From Welwitschia mirabilis (taxonomy: Eukaryota), in contig JBOZIK010000001.1 in NCBI GenBank assembly GCA_051453625.1, positions 46,791,568 through 46,855,567 of the forward strand: a DNA stretch of 64,000 bases, in the 5' to 3' direction. The notes beneath the pieces were generated by a model that saw only the letters and a program-made list of their open reading frames with translations, made no database searches and was not told where the DNA came from. Within the stretch, counting starts at the first letter, position 1; each line of letters opens with the position of its first letter. Shown here in pieces: positions 27,465 through 44,680 of the stretch. The position numbers and the translations under genes are program-made.

Positions 27465-30400
27465 TATAAAGAAATAGTAAATATATATTATATTAAAACA
27501 AACGTCATTTAAAAGCTATTTTCCTAAGCATGGTAGAAATCCCTCTAGTAGTCAAAGTTCTCAAACATCAACATCTAATTTTATCAAACCTAGTTTCCAA
27601 TTTCAATAAAAAATAGGCTCAAGACTAGCATACCCTAAGGCATTTATAATAAAATGGTACTCATTAGGAGCAAAATTAGAATATGGTATTTGAACAAGAG
27701 GACTAACAACAATGGGCTCAGTTTCTTCTTCTTTCACATCTTCTTCTTACTACTCCTCTTCTTTCACATCTTTTTCTTACTGTTGCTATTCAGTTTCCTC
27801 TATTTTTGGCACATTGTCAATGTACCCAACAGGTGCAGGAAGACCATACTCTTTATTGCTTTGGCTATACTTTAGCGGATCTCACAATATTGGCTTTTGA
27901 ATAGGCTCCATTAGTATATATTACCAACCTAAAATTCCAATATCAATTTGAATTTTTCTTTGATGAAGAAATCAAATCAAGACTTTATGTCTTGTCTTGC
28001 AACTTTGGAGAGAGCAATGAAGAGAATTAAAAAAAAAGAAAGGGAGATCTATCTAAAGTACCCCCATCATGATAGCCAAAAAGTAAAAGTGTAGCTCATT
28101 GATTTTATCAAAGTGGCCTTCCAAAGTGAAATATTTAATGATTAAAGCAACTCAAGAATCATAGGATCTTAAAAGATCTTTTCCTATAGCTTCGTCCTAT
28201 TTTGCACAAAGTTTTCCCTATCAATCTTTCAAATTATAGAACTATGGATACTTTATAAGCATCCATTTTGAGCTCAATACCATGAGGACCTATGTATATG
28301 GTATCATTAATAGAAGGAATATCAATGTAAATGATAGTGTTACCTATGTGGGTAGTTCTGCCATTCCAGTTTCTAAAGAACTACTTGGAAAGATCAGGAT
28401 CATAACCTCTAAGGCTCAGAACATAAGAGTCCCATCTTGCATCTTAGAAGGCCTTTCAATTTTGCTCATGATTCAATAGAGGATCATGCTTGGTTGGCTT
28501 AATTATTAAATCCTTTCCCATATCTTCTAGTGCATGCATGCTACTACAAGTGCTTTGGCACTGTTCCGATACCCAACTTTGGCACGCTTCAGATGCTCTC
28601 TACTACTTGTCACCTTGCAAAACATACTTGGTTATGTTTGTAGGGTTTGAGATATCATGTTTTTTATAGACATAATCTGCTTACTAATTTTGAATTTCAA
28701 CTTTGATAGAGATAATTTTTTCCTTTTAGAAAATAATATTACATCTATTTTTTCATAGAAGCCAAGCATCAATGACCATGAAAACATTTTTCCTAAATGA
28801 ATTGGAAGTGTCCAAGCTAATAAGAGAGGGAGGGAAGGGGAATATATTTAAGGATCTTCAAAGATCTTTTACAATAGAGCATTAAATGAATAGATGATTA
28901 TGAAATTCATTATCTTCATAATACATAGGACAATCTTGATCAACTCTTAAATTTATTTGGATGAGCTTATCTGCTGTTGGAATGTAACCCTTTAACATAT
29001 ATGACCAAAACATCTTAATCTTCTCAGAATGTTAAGCTTTCATAATTTATTCCATTTATGACCATAATCAAACATATTGTGATTTATTTTTAAGATGCTT
29101 ATTTTACCATTTTATATAGGAAGAACCTGATTTTAAAAAACGTAAGGCCAAACCTTGTGTTTTCAGAAAATGGAATGCCTTTCTTTATCTTTATAATTCT
29201 CTTTGAAGAACTTTTCCCAAGGAATACTATTGTTTGAATAAAATCTATAGTAGTGCTTTACAAGGATGTATTTGCTCATATCTAGAGTTTTTTTAATTAT
29301 AAGACCACCTATTTTTTTGGCATAACTATCTGCTTAGAGTTTATAAGATGTAACCTCTTATGGAATTTGTCACCCAACCAAATAAGATCTTTAATAATAT
29401 TATCAATCAATCTAGCAAACTTATTAGATATAGGGAAGCAACTAGTAGGGTAAACGGTCATGCTTACCAGATAAGATTTGGTAAAGAGGATTTTCTCTAC
29501 AATAGAGAGGAATTTTTTATCCCACATGGTCAATCTAAATACAATTTTCCTTATTAAGGGAGGCCAAATATTATTAAAATTCTGATGAAAATTAAGAATA
29601 AGCCCAAGATAAGAGTTAGGGAAGTATACTTGTGAACATTGAAAAACCTTCAAGATGACTGACTTACTTTTGCAAGGAGCATTGATAAGGAATATCTTCG
29701 ATTTAGGCCAATTGGTTGCAAAACTTAAAAAGTTATGAAACTCATTCAAAATGTTACGAGCTTGTTAAATTACAGGAAGGCTAGAGTCAAGACATAAAAG
29801 AGCATCATCTATGAACTGAAGAATGGGATATGAGGAGGCTAACTCAGTAGCTATGATCTGCCTTTGATAAAATAGTCTATTTAAGGAAGCCATTACAAGA
29901 ACAAAGATGCTAAGGGAAAGAGGATCATCCTGACAGAGGCCATTGCTTCCTTTGCAATAGTTGTATATCTTATCATTAGCTATAATAGAGAAGGTTAGCA
30001 TTAATATGCAGAAGTGGATAAGAGGTCTAAGAGGTGTGGGGAGACCACACTCCTATAATACATAGTCCATTATTTCTTACTGAACTATATTAAACACTTT
30101 AGCTATGTTGACTTTGAGGAACATTACAGGCTTATTTTTTCATTGGTGAAAATAGAGAATTTCATTAGCCAAAATGATGTTATCATGGATGACTCTACCT
30201 AATATAAAGCTAGATTGCAAGGATAGAACCATGTTTGAAAGGAGCATTTTGGGCCTGTTTGTAATAATCTTTAAAGCAAATCTTATAAAAAACCTTGCAA
30301 AGACTGATTGAATGAAATTAATGAGGACTTTCTACATATTTCATTTTGGGAATGAGGGTGATGAGGGTATCATTGAAAGGTTTATAAAAGGTACCTTTTA

Positions 30401-33357
30401 TGAAAGTTTCTCGAACTACATCATACATATTGAATTTAATAATATCCCTGAAGGTCTAATAGAATTCTATAGTGAAATCATTAAGACCAGGTACTTGATT
30501 CTTTTTCATTGAGTTGATAGTATTTTTAATTTCAGCCTCTATGAATCTTTGATTCAAGTAACATTGCTGCTCTTCAAAGATGGGAGGGCCAACTAGGACA
30601 CTATCTAAATCCACTAGTTTTTTTGTAAAAAGATTTTGGAAATAGTCAATGAAAGAGCTAGCAATTTGACTGTTGGTCTTATAATCTGTTGTAGATGCAC
30701 TCTACTACAGAATATTCTTTTGTCTATGCCTGTTTGCCATCTAGATAAAGAACTTTATATTACAATCCCCTTCTTTTAGCCATTGAATTCTAGATCTCTG
30801 TTCTTCCTTTGAGGATATATCATGAATCTGTGAAATAAGGTGCTTTTCATAGCCTCTATCTGCATTTGTGTCCCCATTGTGATTCTGGATAATAGTGAGC
30901 TCTTCTAATAATTAATATTTAACATTTTTAATGAGTAATTTAACTATTTTTTCCAAAAAATAAACTTGTGCCTTAACATTTTTAGCTTTTGAAATAATCT
31001 GTAAGTAGGGGTACCTTTCACTGGAGTATTCTAAGTATGCTTGATGAAGTCAATAAAGTTTAGATCTTTTAGTTATGAGTGCTCAAATATAAAGAGAGAT
31101 TTCCTTTGAAAAGAGTCCATCATTAAAACTATAGGTTTATGATCAGAAAAAAAATCCAGCTTTTGCTTTAAGAATGTAATGCCTATTAGAGTTTTTGACT
31201 AGACACATATCAATTCTAGATATTACAAGATTTACTTCTTTTCTAGGATTACTCTGTATAAGAAGCACCATGCAAAAGATCTTTGTAATTGTAGCTATTA
31301 ACACAATTGGTAAAAAATGGTAGAAAGACTAGGAACATTACCAAGTTTTTCATGAGGGCTAAAGATCTAATTGAAGTCATCTATGATAATGTCTAAGGAA
31401 TCTAACATAATATAATATAAGCATTGTAGTCTTTGGTCTACTTCTTGAGGCCCATAGAAATTGCTGATTCTCCTCTTTTTATCATTAAAAATCCAATCAA
31501 TTATGAGTGGTTATGTCTTTTATTAATAATAGTGATGCTTCCATTCTTACAGAGGATCATTAATTCTCCATTTGTGCCCCTACCCAAAACTAAAATAAAG
31601 GACCAAGAGAAGTATTAGTACGTGGCTGGGTTATGCGTAGTGCTTGAATCCCTCACTCATCCCTCTGCCTGTTTCCGTGAATGGGGACTTGAGGCCTGTG
31701 CGGGGTGAAAAGAGACTAATTTTTATAAAATCAAGCTTTGTTTCTTAAAGAAGATACATAGACATTGAAGATTCCTTTAAAAGACTCCAAAGGTGGGAAA
31801 TTTTTGTTTGGACATTTCTAAGGCCTATGCAGTTCTAGGAAATAATCACTGTAAGAAGAGTTGAGCTTGCTTACCATCTTGGATCTCCTCCTTCATTTCC
31901 TTTTAAAATTTACCTTTTCTGATATTCATTCTGATTTTTCTGTCTATTTGTTTAGTTTTTCCATTTCGGTTATTGTTGACACATATGAACCACACTCATC
32001 TAGATTGTTTCTATTTTTTATTTATTTCTATTTCATTTCCATTTGTGACTGTTATTGTGATCTAGTAGAATAAACTGACACATTAAGGATGTGCTTTGTG
32101 TATTCTTGTTTAGCCCTTTCCCATTCATTTCTTATTTTGTTTTCGTACATTTATTCTAGTTCTTCATCTAACAGAATATCATATTTATTTCCTTGACTGA
32201 TTGGATCATTGCTAAGGATTGAAGCTGGCTTTTTTGTGTGATCTTTTTCATTAACTTCTTGCTAGTCATTTTTTTCACTTTCTTATTTTTCTTACACTTT
32301 TCCATCGTATGTTCATTTTTCCCACACTTTGAACATTGTAATGGAATATTTGCAATTTCAAAGTTAAAAACCAATCCCCCTCACATACTATATAAGATTA
32401 TTCTTTTTGCTTTGAAGTTGTTTGGTTTTATGTAAACACATATTTTAGCTGTTGCCGATTTTGCCATTAAATCTGTATTCTTATCAAGTTTAACAAACTC
32501 TCCTAACATATCACCAGGTTGCTTAAAAAAAAACCCTGAATGCCATATTTTTAAGAGAGGGTTTGAGATACAAATCCAAGCTGAGATCTTTTCAAAAATG
32601 GTGGGTTTGTCAAGAATGAATGGGGATCATTTAGTTAAGGCTAAATCTCTATAGCTAAAAAAATAGGGCCCTCTTGCTAAAACCTTATTCATTTCTTCTT
32701 TAAAATAAAAAACAAAATGCAATAACCCATCTCTGAAAGGGATTACCTTACAACTTGCATGAAACTTCTAATCACACCACAGATGCATTATTTCGATAAA
32801 TGGAAACCCTTTTAAGGATTGAAATTTACTAATGAGGCAATTTTTAAAACAAGCGTTCAAATGCTTAGAATAGTTAATGGACATTTTTGTATAAATGATA
32901 TCTCCTTCGTGCTTGAAACTAAAATCTAAATTATCAAATCTTTGATGCTTGCTTTTCCTCACTGATGCCCTATAAGATTTGGTACCTGATGATTCTGCCG
33001 CCATTGGAGAACTAAGTCTCGCTTTCACTACCTTAGAGACCTTAAATCCCCACCCTTTAGGGTTTTCGGGGTTCGTGAGTCATCGATTAAAAACCCTCCC
33101 CTCAGGGGTAGTAAAACCAACGTGAGGTCTAAGTGTATGCCACTGCGCCTTTTTAGTTTTCACAGTAGATAGCGATACGAAGGAGCTAAATAGATAATGC
33201 GTTGAAGACGTGCTACGCTAAGAAGCCCTAGCAACTCGAAACCGCCTCTAGAGAGCCTCCAAGGAAAAAACACTCTTGCGCACCTTGAAAGAAAAACCCT
33301 AGCTTTGCTGCTCTGCTCTGCTTCACTCTGCTGTGCTTCGCTTTTCTCGAAATTTGA
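27465..33357 (-). mobile_element. Full-length decayed L1-clade LINE (LINE B)
   Basis: 13-bp TSD TAATAAACTTTTT at 27452-27464 and 33358-33370. ORF1 pieces 33028-32168 include the zinc knuckle CSKCGKNEHTMEKC. ORF2 motifs RIDMCL, SDHKPI, WLKEGDCNIKFF, QDDPLS, QFIDDAL, YLGL. Confidence 0.9.
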
Positions 33358-33567
33358 TAATAAACTTTTTAAGCTATGAAAAAAAAAATACTACCTATGA
33401 CTTAACATTATCATAACTCTATTACAAAGGTTATTATGGAACTCTCTTTAGCTGCTTTTTATCCTATGTTATCGATCTTATAATGAACTTGCCTTTTAAC
33501 CTCAACTATGATTAATGTATTTACATATATTAGAGTTGAAATTGAAATAAAGTTTGGTTATGTTCAA

Positions 33568-33772
33568 AACCCTATATAAAACAGGAAAGCGTATTTATAT
33601 TTTATGCATTTTTTAGGAAAAATATTTGAGTGTTTACACGCAAAACTCTCCTTTGGCCACCGCTGATTTTGCTCTTTCGAATTTCGTAAAGCGCTTATTG
33701 AAGAGCCACCCTTAAGCAAATAATTTCCGAGCTGACATTATTAGGGTTTTGGTGAGGTTAAAGCTAGGGTTT
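33568..33772 (+). promoter_or_regulatory. RPL6 promoter/5' region with telo-boxes
   Basis: AAACCCTA at 33568-33575 overlapping TATATAAA. TAGGGTTT at 33742-33749 and 33765-33772. Telo-boxes are typical of plant ribosomal-protein promoters. Confidence 0.65.
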
Positions 33773-33859
33773 TTTGAGCAAGGCTTTTCATCCCGTCCGA
33801 GGTTGCCAGGTAAAGAAACAGAGGGAGGAGAGGTGCAGAGGCAGAGAGAAGGCGGAGAA

Positions 33860-38418
<4,559 letters not shown>

Positions 38419-40599
38419 ACAGCCTAACAAGTTTTGGGAAGCTTTCCTCAGATGTCTATTCTTGTAGCACAAGGTATAGGAATTNNNNNNNNNNNNNNNN
38501 NNNNNNNNNNNNNNNNNNNNNNNNNNNNNNNNNNNNNNNNNNNNNNNNNNNNNNNNNNNNNNNNNNNNNNNNNNNNNNNNNNNNNNNNNNNNNNNNNNNN
38601 NNNNNNNNNNNNNNNNNNNNNNNNNNNNNNNNNNNNNNNNNNNNNNNNNNNNNNNNNNNNNNNNNNNNNNNNNNNNNNNNNNNNNNNNNNNNNNNNNNNN
38701 NNNNNNNNNNNNNNNNNNNNNNNNNNNNNNNNNNNNNNNNNNNNNNNNNNNNNNNNNNNNNNNNNNNNNNNNNNNNNNNNNNNNNNNNNNNNNNNNNNNN
38801 NNNNNNNNNNNNNNNNNNNNNNNNNNNNNNNNNNNNNNNNNNNNNNNNNNNNNNNNNNNNNNNNNNNNNNNNNNNNNNNNNNNNNNNNNNNNNNNNNNNN
38901 NNNNNNNNNNNNNNNNNNNNNNNNNNNNNNNNNNNNNNNNNNNNNNNNNNNNNNNNNNNNNNNNNNNNNNNNNNNNNNNNNNNNNNNNNNNNNNNNNNNN
39001 NNNNNNNGGAATTCAGCCTTGAGCTGGCATACATTAATTTGATTTCTAAAAATGCATATTGACTCTCTTATTCGTGTGTGAATCTTGTTAAAACAAATTT
39101 TGCCTTGATCATGATCTACTGTGGTGCTTAGTTCATCCTATGGTGTTTATTGTTTCAGTAAAATGTGTTACTGTCGAGACTTTCGTTTCAATATCATCCT
39201 CGGAGGTATTTGAAAAATACACGGACCGAGATAATGTTTGAACCATTTCTGAAACCGGGCATGTAACGTCTGTTTGATGGCCACCTGGTTTATGTGCTGT
39301 AAATGCCATGGTATCCATGTCCCTTTATTGTTCGATTAAGAGAATGCTAAATTGCAAGTTTGAATACAGGGTATATTTTTTCCACCCAAAGTTGATAAAA
39401 ACTTATCAAAATGACAAAAGCGATATTAATATATTTCTTTAGTTTGTCATAATGACAGAGTTATTCCATGAGCGTTGTTAGGTCAATTGAAGAGTGCCTA
39501 ATTGCAGCCTTTGATAACGACTTAACAATAGGTTTTTCTGTTTTGCTGTTTATAACTAGGCTGAACTGTTGGAACTTACAAATCTCGAAGTGTTATACAA
39601 AAATTATTTGTTCTTGTTAACAAAGCATTATTACTTTGGCTTGTTTGAAGTCATCACTTTGTAACGTTTTAAAACACAATGGATGGGAGAAACAAGAAAA
39701 TTAACTGTAACCGGTTATTTTTTATATTTAAGCATAAACATATCTCTTGCTTTATATAACAATAAACTTGGAGGACAAATGTTCTTATCCTCTAGGTGTG
39801 GATACTAGGAAACTAGAACGTAAATGATGGAATGTATTGTAATTGGGTAGTTCTATAGTTTAGTAGCTCTCTGTTTTTGGTTTCATTGCTGCTTGTTTTT
39901 GTTTGGTTTACAAATAAAGCTCGTCTAAGTGGAATCTATGGGCTGGTTGGTCTCGAAGTTTCTTGGGCTCAAAAATTTACTTTTTAGTTCTAAGACTAGT
40001 TACTTGGAGCTAGCATAGGCTAAGCCAAGACCTGCTGGTTTTGAGAGAATATTTTCATGTATTCACTACCAGAAAAGCTATTTGTGGAGGGGGAAACCAT
40101 GTGCTTTTGCAACCCTGGTTAGAACCTTGGTGAATTGCAATAAAAATGTGATCTGCAGTATATATTTGTAGATAAGGATGTGAGTGGCTGTATGATGAAA
40201 CTCCTGTCAAGTAAGTGCAAACTTTGTATCTGTTGGTGCAAGATAGACAACCTACGATGGTGAATTTCTTTGGATACTTTGAAACAGATTTACCTGAAAC
40301 TTTGGAACAAGGCAATAAAACAACCTACAATGGTTAACAATCATTTCTTTAATACCTTGAAAGAGATTTTACTGTGGAACTTTGAAATTAGGCAATAATA
40401 CAAGAAGCACAACTAACATGAACGTGATCATGGTTCAGTCTCATTCTGCCCGTGTTCACTTTAATTTGGATTTCATCTGCTTTAGGGAATCTTATGGCAT
40501 GTGGTATTAATATTAGGCAAAGTCTTGAAAAAGATGCAGAAATATACAAACCAAAATGCAAAGCAAGCATGCAGAAAAATAGAAAGCCAAGTTACAAGA

Positions 40600-42330
40600 T
40601 TACAAAAAAGGATGATGAACCTTTTGCATAGTAAACTAAATAACCATCAGATTCTAAAATAGTAAATAAAACATTCGCTGTAATATAATAAGATGACAAG
40701 GATGGCTGTGTTGGAATTGGGAAGCAAACGGTTGGATGCGAAAAGTTTTATCATGTAGATGATATTTTGTTCTACCTTGAGTTTTAACCCTTGAATCCTT
40801 CCCAAAGAATCCTTAAATCTTCTCCAAAGGTGAGCAGTTTTAGTGTAATTTCAAAGCATGTGCTTGGTCAGTTTTGAGATAACCTCACACAATGGGCGAG
40901 AGTTGGAACAGACAACTAATTTTTTGCAGTCTGTCAGGCTGGTAACTCATTGTTCAGAAGGAGCCAAAGGGGTAGTTTCTTTGTGCTACAAAGGCCAGAA
41001 ATAGATTTGAAAATCTTCCACAACTCTATAGTATTAGATTGATTCCAATACCTATTAAGCAACTTATTACATTTGAGTTGCCTAATCTCCCTGTGTTTCA
41101 TCTTTGGCTAGAGAGTGCCTTCTTTATCTATGACTCGTAAATCCAACCAGTTATGGTCATTCTCTTGGAAAACAGAGAAGAGTGTTATTGACATGAACGC
41201 AAATTGTGTGGAGCATACATGTTCAACCAAGGTTCCCATATCATAAGAAGTTACAACTTCATTCCTGTTATTCACAAAAGCTCCTTGAAATGGTAAGCTT
41301 GTTCTTCTAAAAGAACCTTTGAGATTTGAAGGTGGCATTTATAGATTTTATAATTGCACTAAAGTTATAATATTACCGCAAGCGATTAGGAGCCAAGTCA
41401 ATGGGAAAAATCTTTCCACTCTTTCCATATCTGTTTTAGAAAATCATTATCCCTTATTTATTGAATTCTTGGGGATAGACGCTGCATATGGTGTAATTCT
41501 CTTTACAAAGTTTTGTTGCAAAGCCTACCCTTTCTTTCAAAGGTGAATAAGGTCCTTCTAAGCCTCCTCCTCAATATCCATTTGGTTGCTTCCTACAGGT
41601 AGATGTCAACGATAGTTATTTATCCTAGTCCCTTTGAAAGCTAACAATACGTTCATGCAACTTTGTTAAAGAGTCATTTACTTGGTTTCACATCCTATGG
41701 AGATCAATAACCAATTTACAAGGGGAGAAGATAGGGTTGATTTATCCTAAGGGTAACCAGAATATATGTCAATTCCACAATCTTGTGAGTAGGTCTTGCA
41801 TATTTTGTCCTGATCAAATAGTACCTTGAATTGATACACCTTGTGATCATGAGGAAGCGAAATTGATGAGTTACTGAGAGGCTATGTCATGAAACATTAC
41901 AGTAGTAGACAATAAAGTAGTGTCAGACCCCTATACAAGGTCAATGTGTTGGGACCCACAAGTCCTTTCTTAGTGTTAGTGGGCTTTATATATAAGTGGA
42001 TAGATCAATCCATCCAGTTTAGTAGCTTTTCTGAACTCTCCAAAACACACCCTCAAATGAAGAAAGTTTAGGCCAGAAGGGTCACTATTATGCTAAGAAG
42101 CTTGAAGGGATCTCCATGGGTAAGCTTCTGCAAAGCATTCTACTTGCCTACTAAGTTAGAGAGTTCCATGAGATGTGGATAACCTATGACTTCTCCATAT
42201 TGATGATCAAATTGGAAGTTGTGTGGTAACGTTTATTAGACACATGCATGATCTAGGACATTGGATTCCTATTTAAGAAAAATAAACAAATCATCGACAT
42301 ACTAATCGATAATGAGGCTCTTATCCCATT
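40600..42330 (-). pseudogene. Eroded LINE RT fragment
   Basis: Ordered weak traces HGDPFKL (~42110), FHDI (~41885), HLPVG (~41600). Confidence 0.4.
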
Positions 42331-42358
42331 TAGTCACTTGAATCCCAAAAATATGATG

Positions 42359-42814
42359 TGTAACACTCTAGCTTAAATTACCCTTTTTAAGCACTATTTT
42401 TCCTCCCTTTTGTGTTTTATTATTTTTTCATAGTTGAGTTATTTAAAAACATTAATCGAACCTAGGATCAATTTCTAATTATGCTTTATCATGAGACTAT
42501 TTAGAATATATGTTTTGGGAAAGTAAGCATAAATAGACAAGTCAATCGGTTCTTATGGAATTAGTCATATCAGACTTTCGTCTACAAGCAATAGCAATGT
42601 CATATTTTTATGTCTTATATTCTTTTCCAGTTTTTGTCACATAAATATATATATTGTATATGCTTGATAAGATGTAAACTTGTAATAATAAAGTCATGGA
42701 TATAGGTTTAGGATAAATCTTAACCAGTATTGGGCTATCATACAAATATAACTTGTTTCAACTTCAAGTTCTAAACCATAACAAAGATGAGTTGGCTTAA
42801 CTTCATAAGCTTAG
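42359..42814. repeat. Dispersed LTR-like repeat starting TGTAACAC; target of the Sirevirus; second copy at ~56988-57390
   Basis: Shared blocks AAGCACTATTTTT, CAATAGC.ATGTCATAT, GATGTAAACTT and GAGTTGGCTT.ACTTCA in the same order. Confidence 0.6.
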
Positions 42815-44196
42815 TGAGGATTATTGAACTCAGAGGGGGGTGGTGAATGAGGTCTACCAAATAAAAATCACGACTGAAACCAAATAAAAATACATAATAA
42901 AGACCTTACCAGATTAATGTGTTTCTCCAACCTGGTTATGTCCACACACCTAGGGTAGCTTACCTTCACACCTCTAGATATTGTTAACCTGCAAAACAAT
43001 GGTTTTGGAGCACCACCAACCTTACATACAAATGAGATGCTACTTGCAAGGCAACACTCTCTTCCCCTCAGGGAATACAATAGACAAGAACAAGTTATGC
43101 TCACAAGTACTCACAGAAGCATACCCATAGAAGGGTTGCTTTGCAATTTGGAATCCCAAGCAAGGGATCCTAAAGATAATAATAACTAATGGACTATAAT
43201 GAATGTATTAAAAAATCTAATAGTCCTACAATTTAAGTGCTAAACAATGCTAATAAAAGGAAACAACAAGCTTGAAAGATGTCACTTTGATGGAATGCTT
43301 GAGTTCTCCTTCTTGTAGTCCCCTACGAGTATCCAACATTAGAGTAATGCAGTTGTGGGAGATCCAATGATTAAGCAATGTATTCAACCAATGGTTCTCT
43401 TCATCAAGGTCATAGAAATCTTTGTGAGTAGTGCCAACCACTTGTGTGTGTAACCTTTTTTCTGTACAGTTTGTGCCTTTATACTTTTGATGTCTTCCTT
43501 GCCTTTACTCTAATGAGGTAGCCATTGTAAACATTTAAGCGCTGTGCAATAACTATAAACGACTAAGTTTTGGTTGTTTAACAACTATTTTATTTTTCGT
43601 CAATTTTTTGAGGTAGACGTCTCTATCAGGCACATGTCTTCATCTTGAAAGACATCTTTGATCAAACTACCAAGATTTCAATTAGAGTTGAACTGCTGTA
43701 TCTCTGACGCTTAGAGATCATGAAACTAATGTGTAAAACTTGCTTGATTGCCTGGAATGTAGATAATTCATCATAGTACAATTTCCCTTTATTACCCCTT
43801 CTAGTTCATTACAGACATCTTAGAGGTCTTCAAATAGTTGAAGTAGTATAGACGTCTTTAGTTTGCTAGATGTTTTTCATTTATCTCATCTCCTTGGTTC
43901 AATATAGACATCTTTGCCATGATGGACGTCTTTCTCTATGATGAACTACTATTCAGTCTAGACGTCTTTGATATAGGAGACGTCTTTACCATAAACGTCT
44001 TGAGATATGCAGAAGTCTTTACTCAATTGTGTTCGTGGTTCTTGAATTCAGAGTTGAAGCTGCTGTGTGCTTTAAACTTTGAGGTTTGATTGGATTAATC
44101 CCTATTTGCAATTTAATGATTTCCAATTTTCCTGTCTACACATTAGACACATCGCATTTGACAAGCGAAATCATCAAAACTGGGATTTTACCAACA
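42815..44196 (-). repeat. 3' LTR of the Sirevirus
   Basis: TG...CA ends; collinear with 51843-53248. Confidence 0.92.
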
Positions 44197-44680
44197 ATCT
44201 CATCTTTTTTGATGATGTGTAAAACTTGACCAATCTCATTAGTGCAATTATGTTCAAAATTTACTTGAGATAATCCAAGAGAAAACACAATGTATTACGT
44301 GAAGCATGTTATAAATTTCAAAAGGTAAAAACACTTGATAACCACATGGATAATCATTTGCAAGATAGTGAACAAGAAGTGTTGTTAACATACAAAATTA
44401 CTGGAAACATGTCAAAAACATAAATTAGATTGCATAAAAGGAGAAGTTTAACAATAGATAATAAAAGGGCATCAGAAATCATCATGAAATTTGTGCGAAT
44501 ATGTGAAAGAGAGCATCAACAATGATGTTACTCACAGGAAGTCCAATCCATCCATCTCAAATCCACATCCTTCAAACTCAGACAGGATGTTTAATACGAT
44601 CTAATCTGATTTATCCATCTTTTTCCCTGTTTTGGACAACATAAAAAGAACTGGTCATTGAGAGCCGAATCACTGGTGTA

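Noticed and set aside
27900..27930. RNase H domain in LINE B (LVIYTNGA on the minus strand)
   Set aside because: A single motif; the downstream catalytic residues could not be traced.
33749..33859. N-terminal extension of RPL6 from the ORF track
   Set aside because: Starts at a non-ATG codon within the telo-box/5' UTR region. The ATG at 33860 gives the typical ~233-aa plant eL6.
38434..39042. Long ORFs spanning N runs (also 14490-14759 and 17639-17911)
   Set aside because: Artefacts of assembly gaps.
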